NCBI GenBank assembly: GCA_948607205.1
Contig: CAPERS010000002.1
Span: forward strand, 68,767 to 132,766
Length of the DNA: 64,000 nt
Reading direction: 5' to 3'
Source of the DNA: an uncultured Eubacteriales bacterium
GTDB taxonomy: Bacteria > Bacillota > Clostridia > Christensenellales > UBA1242
In this document: positions 1 through 7,576 of the stretch, piece by piece
How positions within the stretch are numbered: position 1 is the first letter of the stretch
Layout of the letters: the number at the start of each line of letters is the position of its first letter
The notes under the pieces: generated by a model
What the model was told of the DNA's origin: nothing
The model's database searches: none
Seen by the model: only the letters and a program-made list of their open reading frames with translations
Made by a program: the position numbers and the translations under genes

Positions 1-431
1 GCAAGAGCGCCTGCGATTGAGTGAGTGACTTTGATAAATTCAACTGTGAAAGAACCAAGTTTCAAAACATTTCTTGCTTTGACTGCTACAGCCTTGAGTT
101 TCACCTTTGGATGTTCTTTAAGTTTGTTTTCAATCAGCGCAAGCGACAGTCTTGACGCATAAACTGGTGCGTTTATATGTTGAAGCAAAAATGGAAGTGA
201 GCCGATATGGTCTTCATGGCCATGAGTTATAAGTATCGCCTTGACTTTATCCTTGTTTGCGATAAGATATGACATGTCGGGAATGACGATATCAACGCCA
301 GGTAGTTCGTCATCAGGAAAAGTGAGTCCTGCATCAATAACGATAATTTCATCGTTATATTCAATCGCAGTCATATTTTTGCCAATTTCGCCAACGCCTC
401 CCAAAAAAGTTATTTTAACTTTGTTATTCAT
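1..431 (-). CDS. rnj: Ribonuclease J, N-terminal part (gene continues beyond window start)
   Basis: Minus-strand translation from ATG 431: MNNKVKITFLGGVGEIGKNMTAIEYNDEIIVIDAG...AILITHGHEDHIGSLPFLLQ. Metallo-beta-lactamase HxHxDH motif in an RNase J-type N-terminus. AAAGGAG RBS upstream. Frame stays open to the window edge. Confidence 0.8.
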   Translation of the reverse strand, partial: MNNKVKITFLGGVGEIGKNMTAIEYNDEIIVIDAGLTFPDDELPGVDIVIPDMSYLIANKDKVKAILITHGHEDHIGSLPFLLQHINAPVYASRLSLALIENKLKEHPKVKLKAVAVKARNVLKLGSFTVEFIKVTHSIAGAL

Positions 432-544
432 TTATTTTTTCTCCTTTTTTTTATTTTAAATTTAAATTTTATCCCCCAAAAAACAATGCGATGATAAAAA
501 CGCATTTATTTTAAAACTTGTCCTAAACGATATGCTCTTAAGGT

Positions 545-1477
545 TTACAATAAATATTTTGCATTATCAATTTTGTCAACTTCTTCAAGTCTTTTTGGTG
601 TCAAAATTGTGTCGGCATCGACATAGAATCTCATACCTTGACTTGAAAAGAACATAACCATTTCAAAGATGTAAATGAGCGGGAACAAAATTGGCAGAAT
701 GATAATGAGAGCATAAAGCCCGAACGCCATTGCAAGCAAGAGAGCCAAAAGATAGATAATTATCGCTGTTGAGAACACCCTCAACCCTCTTCTAAACATT
801 GCAGACATGCCTTTTGGAAAAGCTTTAAACACATTGCAATCGAAAACAATCATGGCAGGTGCCCAGCCACAGATAAATGTTTCCTTGAAAGCAAGCAAAA
901 GTGCAGGAACGATGATGATGAGAATTGGCAAAAGTATGCTTAAAACTCCTCCATGGAGAAGTGAAAGTGCATACACCCCTCCAATAATGATTGCGTTGAA
1001 AGGAAGAGCGAACAAAAGTTTCATGCCAGCATAAGAGAGTGACTTTCCGAGCGTTCTGAGAAGAGTTCCTGTGAAACTTCTCTTTGTGCTGGTTGCCATA
1101 TAGCCATACATCATTTCGCAAGTGACGAATCTGCCAATATCAGCAAGGAATGAGCGAACAACATAGATAATTATTGCAAAATAAATGCCAATCCAAACAT
1201 TTGTTACAAATAAAGTGCTGATAAAAGCAAAAATTGCGCCCAACACTCTGAAAAGTGCCTCACCAACTGAAACTGAAAGCCCATAGAAAGTTCCTGATGT
1301 AAAAACAGAGCCGAGATTATATTCCGCCCAAACAGTTGTGGCAATATCGGCAAAAGTCGAATAAAAAGGTGCAAGAAGTGCGATGACTATTCCCCAAGAC
1401 AAAATTTGATAAATAAGAAGTTTCCAAACCTTGTCAAAGTTTGCACACAAAAGTTTTAATGAGTTTTTAAACATCAT
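545..1477 (-). CDS. Polytopic membrane protein, function unknown
   Basis: 310-aa ORF dominated by hydrophobic helices, with no catalytic motif recognised. The overlapping ORFs look like frame shadows. Confidence 0.6.
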   Translation of the reverse strand: MMFKNSLKLLCANFDKVWKLLIYQILSWGIVIALLAPFYSTFADIATTVWAEYNLGSVFTSGTFYGLSVSVGEALFRVLGAIFAFISTLFVTNVWIGIYFAIIIYVVRSFLADIGRFVTCEMMYGYMATSTKRSFTGTLLRTLGKSLSYAGMKLLFALPFNAIIIGGVYALSLLHGGVLSILLPILIIIVPALLLAFKETFICGWAPAMIVFDCNVFKAFPKGMSAMFRRGLRVFSTAIIIYLLALLLAMAFGLYALIIILPILFPLIYIFEMVMFFSSQGMRFYVDADTILTPKRLEEVDKIDNAKYLL

Positions 1478-1624
1478 AATTCTATTCCAAACACTTTGTT
1501 AGATTCATTATACTATATTAAAAATAAAAATACAACCAATTTTGGCATTTGGAAAGAAAAATTTAAAATTATTTTTCTTAAAATCAATTTCAAAAAAAAG
1601 AAAGCAAGCTTTTGCTTTCTTAAA

Positions 1625-2092
1625 TTAGTTGATTTTCAAGACTTTATATTTAATATCGCCTGTTGGAAGTTTTGCAACAACGATGTCACCTTTTTTGCGA
1701 CCGATAAGTGCGCTTCCCACTGGTGAAAGGTTTGAGATAATTCCATTTGCTGGGTCACTTTCAGTTGAGCCCAAAATTTTGTAAGTCACCTCTTCGTCAA
1801 ACTCTTCATCATAGAGTGTTACAGTTGAGCCAATTGAAACTTCACTTTTTGATGCCGGTGCTGAAGAAACGATTTCGCAATTTAAAAGTATATCTTCCAT
1901 TTCACTGATTTCGCGTTCAAGAAGAGCTTGTTCTTCTTTTGCTGAATCATATTCTGAGTTTTCTGAAAGGTCACCAAATTCTCTTGCTGTTGAAATTTTG
2001 TTTGTTACTTCTTTTCTTCGAACAAGTTTATAGTATTCAAGTTTTTCCTCTAATTGTTTCTTTCCTTCAAGTGTTAAATAATGAACTGACAT
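1625..2092 (-). CDS. greA: Transcription elongation factor GreA
   Basis: 155 aa. LTLEGKKQLEEKLEYYK...AREFGDLSENSEYDSAKEEQ is the GreA coiled-coil signature, and the C-terminal domain has typical length. Confidence 0.9.
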   Translation of the reverse strand: MSVHYLTLEGKKQLEEKLEYYKLVRRKEVTNKISTAREFGDLSENSEYDSAKEEQALLEREISEMEDILLNCEIVSSAPASKSEVSIGSTVTLYDEEFDEEVTYKILGSTESDPANGIISNLSPVGSALIGRKKGDIVVAKLPTGDIKYKVLKIN

Positions 2093-2232
2093 TTTTTAGT
2101 CCCCCTTAGTTAGTTTTCTTTTATGCTTTGATATTATATATAAATTTTTCCATTAAGTCAACCAATTTTAACCCTTTTTTTGCGAATTTTTTTGTTGTTT
2201 TTTGCCAATACTAACAAAAGGAGGATATTTCT

Positions 2233-2631
2233 ATGCTCACAATCATTGCATTTTTGTTGACAATTTTGGGTTGTCTTAACTGGTTTTTGATAGGCGTGCT
2301 TCAATATGACTTTGTTGCAGGCATATTTGGATTTCAGGGAAGCATACTTTCAAGAATAATTTATGTTATCATTGGTGTTGCAAGTTTTTTTCTTGTGTTT
2401 AAGCTCATCAAAGGCAAAGGCACGTTGGCTGTTTTTTCAAGACGCAACAAAAAAGACATTGTCAAAAACATTGCAAAAGTCAAAGAAAAGAAATTTGGCA
2501 AAGCAACTGCTTCAAACGTTGAAGCGTCTAGCGAGCAATTCCCTCATGAAGAAGATGAAGAAGTCATAATCGAAGAAGAAGATTATGAAGAGCACGGAAT
2601 TTTCAATGAGCACTTTGGCAACAGGCAATAA
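2233..2631 (+). CDS. DUF378-family small membrane protein with acidic C-terminal tail
   Basis: 132 aa, GGAGG RBS. Two TM helices with LNWFLIGVLQYDFVAGIFG, typical of DUF378/YuzA-like proteins. Confidence 0.7.
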   Translation: MLTIIAFLLTILGCLNWFLIGVLQYDFVAGIFGFQGSILSRIIYVIIGVASFFLVFKLIKGKGTLAVFSRRNKKDIVKNIAKVKEKKFGKATASNVEASSEQFPHEEDEEVIIEEEDYEEHGIFNEHFGNRQ

Positions 2632-2662
2632 AAATATTTATGCAGAAAAAAGGAAAAATGTT

Positions 2663-2749
2663 ATGCCTAAAAATTTATCAGTTTTCACACTTTTTATGAT
2701 TCTTTTTGCTTTAATTTTGACCAACCTATTTTTTGCAAGAGGGTTTTGA
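2663..2749 (+). CDS. Possible 28-aa hydrophobic mini-protein (MPKNLSVFTLFMILFALILTNLFFARGF)
   Basis: ATG 2663 preceded by AAAAAGGAAAAA; TGA at 2747-2749. Single predicted TM helix. Below the 60-aa cutoff of the ORF track. No homology evidence. Confidence 0.25.
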   Translation: MPKNLSVFTLFMILFALILTNLFFARGF

Positions 2750-2758
2750 TAGGATTTA

Positions 2759-2896
2759 GCACTCGGGAAGCAAATCAAAAAAACTGGCAAGAATGCCAGT
2801 TTTTTTTGATTTAACCCTTTTCTCGCGCGTTTTCTCCGAAGGAGATAGTGCGCGAGAAAAGGGGTTGCATGACGGAGTCATGCGCTTCCCGAGTGC
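2759..2896. other. GC-rich nested-hairpin element (candidate structured RNA or miniature repeat)
   Basis: Outer 13-bp stem GCACTCGGGAAGC (2759-2771) / GCTTCCCGAGTGC (2884-2896) encloses three hairpins: 2784-2799; a perfect 14-bp stem 2815-2828/2850-2863 with an inner TCTCC..GGAGA hairpin; and 2867-2883 GCATGAC-GGA-GTCATGC. Confidence 0.45.
2784..2807. terminator. Bidirectional intrinsic terminator
   Basis: CTGGCA-AGAA-TGCCAG hairpin flanked by an A7 run upstream and a T8 run downstream. Lies between the convergent DUF378 and rlmH genes. Confidence 0.6.
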
Positions 2897-2947
2897 AATC
2901 ACCGCCTCCGACTTTTTTCTTTTGATTTATTCCATTCCCCCGACACA

Positions 2948-3406
2948 TCACTTATGATACTTCGAACCCGAGTTTATCATAAAAGCCCTGTAAATTTGTT
3001 CAAGCAAAACAACTCTCGCCAAATTGTGAGGCAATGTGATTTTTCCAAAAGACAGTTTGTTTTTGATTTTATCACGAACATCGTTTGAAACTCCATAAGA
3101 CCCACCGATAACAAAAGTTATCTCACTTGAAACAAGAGTTTCATTTTTTATTTTCTCAGCAATTTCTTCGCTTGACAGTTCTTTCCCTTTTATATCAAGA
3201 AGAAAAGCACTTCTGCCAACATGATTTAAAATTTCCCTGCCCTCTTCCTCAACAATCCTTTGAGCATTGTCAAACTTATTCTGTTCGTCAAGTTCAACTA
3301 TTTTCAAATTACAAAATTTTGACAGACGCTTCTTATATTCCTCACAAGCCTTTCTCCAAAACTCTTCTTTCAAATTTCCTACGCAAACAATTTTAATATT
3401 TATCAT
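2948..3406 (-). CDS. rlmH: 23S rRNA (pseudouridine1915-N3)-methyltransferase RlmH
   Basis: MINIKIVCVGNLKEEF...ITFVIGGSYG...LPHNLARVVLLEQIYRA, the SPOUT RlmH signature. The start at ATG 3406 overlaps the upstream stop (ATGA). Confidence 0.9.
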   Translation of the reverse strand: MINIKIVCVGNLKEEFWRKACEEYKKRLSKFCNLKIVELDEQNKFDNAQRIVEEEGREILNHVGRSAFLLDIKGKELSSEEIAEKIKNETLVSSEITFVIGGSYGVSNDVRDKIKNKLSFGKITLPHNLARVVLLEQIYRAFMINSGSKYHK

Positions 3407-4533
3407 AAAGCACCCCAAACAAAAGTAAAGATTGTGACAGCAGACAAGAGAATAAATGTTGAAGTCAGCAAAATCTTTGAAAGAAGAGAAAGTCCATCTT
3501 TGGTCTTATCTTCATGAATTTCTTCATCAACTTCTGAAACAAAACCCAATTTTTTGTCAAGCATTAGTTCTTCTTCATTCACTTCAATTTCCTTTTTCTT
3601 GCCAGTAAGTTCAAACTGAGTTTGTTCAACTTCGTGAAGATATTCAAAATGAACAAGTTCCTTGACAACTTCATTTTGCAAACGTTTAAGTGCAAACATT
3701 CGATTGTCTTTATTGAGTTTTTTAACGAGATAGATTATTGCCATAATAAGCAAAAAGACAGTTAGTAAGATTGCAAGCATTCCAAGGAAGATGTTTCCAG
3801 AAATCAATCCCATAAACCATGAATAAACTCTGCCGATTGGCAAGCCGTTCACATTGGAAAAAGACATATAAACATTGAGGAAATTGTTCATGAAATGAAT
3901 TATCATGGCTGGATAAATTGAATCACAAATGATTGCCAAATAACCCACAAAGAAGCCTATTATTGTCGCGTAGAAAAATTGTTCGATGTTCATATGCAAA
4001 AGGCCAAAGAGGATTGAAGAAATTACAACTGCTTTAATTTTTCCCGAACTTGAAAGCCCTTTAAGAAGCATTCCTCTATGCGCTGTTTCTTCACAAAGTG
4101 CTGGCAAAAATGCAGTGAAAAAGGTGTTGACAATAAGCATATAGAACGGATAAGAAGTCAAAGGTGTTGACGGCGTATATTTATAACCAAAGATTTGAAT
4201 TATCACGCCAAAGAAAGTTGCAATGAAGATATTTAAAAGAAAAACACATGCGCCAATTCCGATTGAAATAAAGACTGATTTTGGTGAAATTTTCCTAAAC
4301 CCATAAAAATTCGCAACGCTTTTGACTTTCTTTTTGACAAGGTTCGAAAAGATGAAAATTGAAAAACTCAAAAGTAGTCCTACTTGAACCACAATGTTAA
4401 AGATATAACTTGCCCAGTCGCCTAGAAAATTCAAACACCCAAACGCAGAAAGCATGCGGATTGTCACAAAAACGAGAACAATTAAGAAATAAACAAAAAT
4501 TGATGACGTTGTGACTTTGTTTTTAAAAGACAT
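3403..4533 (-). CDS. CPBP-family intramembrane glutamic endopeptidase
   Basis: 376 aa, multi-TM. Motifs EETAHRG, FGLLHM and HFMNNF are typical of CPBP/Abi proteases. Confidence 0.8.
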   Translation of the reverse strand: MSFKNKVTTSSIFVYFLIVLVFVTIRMLSAFGCLNFLGDWASYIFNIVVQVGLLLSFSIFIFSNLVKKKVKSVANFYGFRKISPKSVFISIGIGACVFLLNIFIATFFGVIIQIFGYKYTPSTPLTSYPFYMLIVNTFFTAFLPALCEETAHRGMLLKGLSSSGKIKAVVISSILFGLLHMNIEQFFYATIIGFFVGYLAIICDSIYPAMIIHFMNNFLNVYMSFSNVNGLPIGRVYSWFMGLISGNIFLGMLAILLTVFLLIMAIIYLVKKLNKDNRMFALKRLQNEVVKELVHFEYLHEVEQTQFELTGKKKEIEVNEEELMLDKKLGFVSEVDEEIHEDKTKDGLSLLSKILLTSTFILLSAVTIFTFVWGAL

Positions 4534-4567
4534 ATTTTTTCCTCTGTATATATAATATAGACTTATT

Positions 4568-5578
4568 TTAAATAAAATTCACAATTGTTGAGATTATCAT
4601 CAAAATAACAGCCACAACCCATGAAATTATCAAAAATAAGGAAGGAACTTTAACCAATTCCTTTTTTTCGGTTTTTATTTCTTGACCCTTGTTCAGCCTT
4701 GAAAGAATAAACCTATCGACGAGGTAGAGTATAACAAATGTCACTACGACAAGCAAGACTGAAATCAAAATTCCCCACCAAGAAGAAGGAAGATTCATGT
4801 CGAATGATAGTTTATTTTGAAGAAAATTCATAAAAATGACGGTGAAATTGCTCATAAAATGCACTATAATGGAAAGAAATAGCGAACCGCCTCGAACAAC
4901 AATCCATCCGAGAATCAAGCCAAGAAGAAGTGGATAGACAAATTGTTGAAGTGAGCCATGCATGAATGTGAACATAATGGCAGACAAAAGAATTGCAAGC
5001 CAGTCAGAAAAATTCTTGCGCAGACCTTGCAAGATAACACCACGAAAAATTAACTCTTCAAAAAATGCAGGCAAAATAGCAAGCAGAAGAACATTAAGTG
5101 CCAGCCAACCAAAAGTATCATTAGGCAATTGTGTGTCGCCAAGTGTGAAGCCAATTTTATCAAGAAATTGGTCAACAAATCCAACAAAAAACTGCAAGCC
5201 AAAGATTGCAACAAGTGCAACAAATATGGCAACCAGCGCTTTCTTCCAACCTATTTTCAAATTCAAATTTATCGCACCATATGAAATTTTTGCAACCTTA
5301 TTATAGGCAAGAAATATCGCACCAAATGTGATTGGCGTCAAGAAATATAACACGATTATATACCAAACTTGCTTGTCTATTTCTTCGCTTGGAATGCCCA
5401 TTGCCATGCCTATCAACTGGCAAACAAGAAGAATGCATAAACTCACAACGAAGGGCATCAAAAGAGAAAGTAAAAAAACTTTTCCACTGTCATTGTTATT
5501 ATAAAAATTACGTTTAAAATTTATTTTTTCTTGATTTAATTGTTTTTCCATGCTTTTATTATAGTCAATTTCAAACAA
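4568..5578 (-). CDS. CPBP-family intramembrane glutamic endopeptidase (second, tandem copy)
   Basis: 336 aa, multi-TM. Motifs FEELIFRG, FTFMHG and HFMSNF. Confidence 0.8.
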   Translation of the reverse strand: MFEIDYNKSMEKQLNQEKINFKRNFYNNNDSGKVFLLSLLMPFVVSLCILLVCQLIGMAMGIPSEEIDKQVWYIIVLYFLTPITFGAIFLAYNKVAKISYGAINLNLKIGWKKALVAIFVALVAIFGLQFFVGFVDQFLDKIGFTLGDTQLPNDTFGWLALNVLLLAILPAFFEELIFRGVILQGLRKNFSDWLAILLSAIMFTFMHGSLQQFVYPLLLGLILGWIVVRGGSLFLSIIVHFMSNFTVIFMNFLQNKLSFDMNLPSSWWGILISVLLVVVTFVILYLVDRFILSRLNKGQEIKTEKKELVKVPSLFLIISWVVAVILMIISTIVNFI

Positions 5579-5659
5579 ATTGCCAAATAAAATTTAAAAT
5601 TTAACAACTTTAAAGTTAAAATACTGGACAAAAATGAAATGTTTTATTAAAATTAAGTC

Positions 5660-6097
5660 ATGTCAAAATTTATGAATGAAGCAATAAAAGAAGCTAAAAA
5701 AGCCTATAACAAAAATGAAGTGCCAATCGGCGCTGTCATTGTTTTGGATGGAAAAATTATCGCGCGTGGTCAAAACAGTCGTGAAAAATCACAAAATGCA
5801 ATCAAGCATGCTGAAATTATTGCAATTGAAAAAGCATGCAAAAAACTCAAATCTTGGCGACTGGAAAATGCAGAAATGTATGTGACTCTCGAGCCATGCC
5901 CTATGTGTGCTGGTGCGATTGCCAATGCAAGAATAAGAAAAGTTGTTTACGCCTGCTCTGAAAAAACTTCCGAAGACCATTTATGCGAGAAAATTTTGCA
6001 AAGCAACAGGCTCAATCACAAAGTGGAAATGGAAGAAGAAAGAAATGATGAAGCATCCAACCTGCTCACAAGTTTTTTTAAAAATAAACGTTGTTAA
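5660..6097 (+). CDS. tadA: tRNA adenosine(34) deaminase TadA
   Basis: 145 aa. HAEIIAIEKAC and PCPMCAGAI are the CDA zinc motifs; the length fits TadA. Confidence 0.9.
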   Translation: MSKFMNEAIKEAKKAYNKNEVPIGAVIVLDGKIIARGQNSREKSQNAIKHAEIIAIEKACKKLKSWRLENAEMYVTLEPCPMCAGAIANARIRKVVYACSEKTSEDHLCEKILQSNRLNHKVEMEEERNDEASNLLTSFFKNKRC

Positions 6098-6101
6098 AAA
6101 A

Positions 6102-6124
6102 ACACCTTTCAAGGTGTTTTTTTG
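6102..6124. terminator. Bidirectional intrinsic terminator
   Basis: ACACCTT-TC-AAGGTGT hairpin with an A-run upstream and a T7 run downstream, between convergent genes. Confidence 0.6.
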
Positions 6125-6607
6125 TTAAAGCAGTTTCATAAGTTCTTCTTGATATTCAAGTTCAGTGATTTTGCCTTCCTCTTTAAGTTTGCGGAGCCTT
6201 TCAATCTCTTTTTCTTTATTTTTAACCGATTTCTCTTCTTCCACCACAATTGTTTTTTCTTCTTTATCTGGATTAACCCAAACAATGTCACTTAAAAAGA
6301 GTGTCACAATCAAAAGTATGCTTGAAACTGAGAAAAGGTTGAGAATCATTGCCAAAACGACTGCAGTCATATAGTAGCCATATCTTGAACGGAAAAATGC
6401 GCCATTTCGTGCAATGGAATAGATGAGAAGTCCGTTACAAATCAGATATGCCACAATCTGCAAAATGTCAAAGACCGCATAAAAAATTGCCACGCGCTCA
6501 TTTTGAGGCAACATAAAGTATCTCACAACATAAAAAATTTCAAGTCCCACAGACAAGAAGTTCAAAACTATGGCTGTTATAATCAGTGCTTTTTTGGTAT
6601 TATTCAT
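6125..6607 (-). CDS. Membrane protein with C-terminal SHOCT-like domain
   Basis: 160 aa with four hydrophobic helices. The C-terminus EIERLRKLKEEGKITELEYQEELMKLL matches the SHOCT short C-terminal motif. Confidence 0.6.
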   Translation of the reverse strand: MNNTKKALIITAIVLNFLSVGLEIFYVVRYFMLPQNERVAIFYAVFDILQIVAYLICNGLLIYSIARNGAFFRSRYGYYMTAVVLAMILNLFSVSSILLIVTLFLSDIVWVNPDKEEKTIVVEEEKSVKNKEKEIERLRKLKEEGKITELEYQEELMKLL

Positions 6608-6720
6608 AAAAATCCTTTAATTAAATATATCATAATTGAAAAAGCAAGTCAATTTATTTTGCTCTTTATAAAAAATATTATATACTAATTTTGAAGAATT
6701 TAAAACTAGGTGGTAAAAAA

Positions 6721-7509
6721 ATGAAAAATAAAATATCTCGAAATATAGTTATAACTGGTGCGTCAAGCGGAATTGGCAAAGCGCTTAAGGACGCATTTAT
6801 CGCAAACGGAGATAAAGTTATTGGAATTTCATCAAGCGAAGACGACTATGTTTGCGATGTCACTGACAGAAAAAAAATGGAAGAAGTTTTTGCCGATATT
6901 GCCAAGAAATTTGATAAGATTGACATATTGGTTGCTTGCGCTGGGTTTGGGCTTTTGGGAGCAATCGAACTCACTCCATTTGAAAAAGTGCAAAAAGAAT
7001 ATGATGTCAATGTTATGGGGCTTATTTCCACCATTCAGCTCGGCCTTCCCCTCATGCGCGATAATGGCAAAATAATCAATATAAGTTCTGTTTGCGCACT
7101 ATATCCCCTGCCTTTCAGAGCATTCTATTGTTCATCAAAGTCAGCAGTAAGCATGCTCTCAGATTGTCTGCGCATGGAACTTAGTCAAACTAAAATTCAG
7201 TCAACTGCAATTTGCCCTTGTGAAATTAAGACCAACTTTTCAAAAAATCGTGACAAAAACTTTGAAACAAATGAGCGCTATGGAAAAGCGATTGAACTTT
7301 CTGCAAATGGAATTGCATCGCGAGAAAATAAACGCATGGATATAAATAAAGCATGCAAAATCATGGTAAATATAATCAACAAGAAAAAACTTCGTCCACA
7401 ATATACAATGGGCAAAGGCTATAAATTTTTAAACTTTATCACACGATTCACATCCAAATCACTTCTACTCAAATTTTCAACCAAAGTTTTCTATAAAAAA
7501 GAAAAGTAA
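6721..7509 (+). CDS. SDR-family oxidoreductase
   Basis: Start moved to ATG 6721, after an AGGTGG RBS. TGASSGIG cofactor motif and YCSSK catalytic YxxxK motif. Confidence 0.85.
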   Translation: MKNKISRNIVITGASSGIGKALKDAFIANGDKVIGISSSEDDYVCDVTDRKKMEEVFADIAKKFDKIDILVACAGFGLLGAIELTPFEKVQKEYDVNVMGLISTIQLGLPLMRDNGKIINISSVCALYPLPFRAFYCSSKSAVSMLSDCLRMELSQTKIQSTAICPCEIKTNFSKNRDKNFETNERYGKAIELSANGIASRENKRMDINKACKIMVNIINKKKLRPQYTMGKGYKFLNFITRFTSKSLLLKFSTKVFYKKEK

Positions 7510-7576
7510 AAATGTCTTCTAAAACGTCAAAAAAAACATTGATCATGCCAATGTTTTTTTATTCAATAATATATTT

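Noticed and set aside
2756-2900. HrcA/CIRCE operator (TTAGCACTC ... GAGTGCAAT).
   Set aside because: The half-sites are 119 nt apart instead of 9, one half is imperfect, and no chaperone gene is adjacent. I treated it as a curiosity within the hairpin-element finding.
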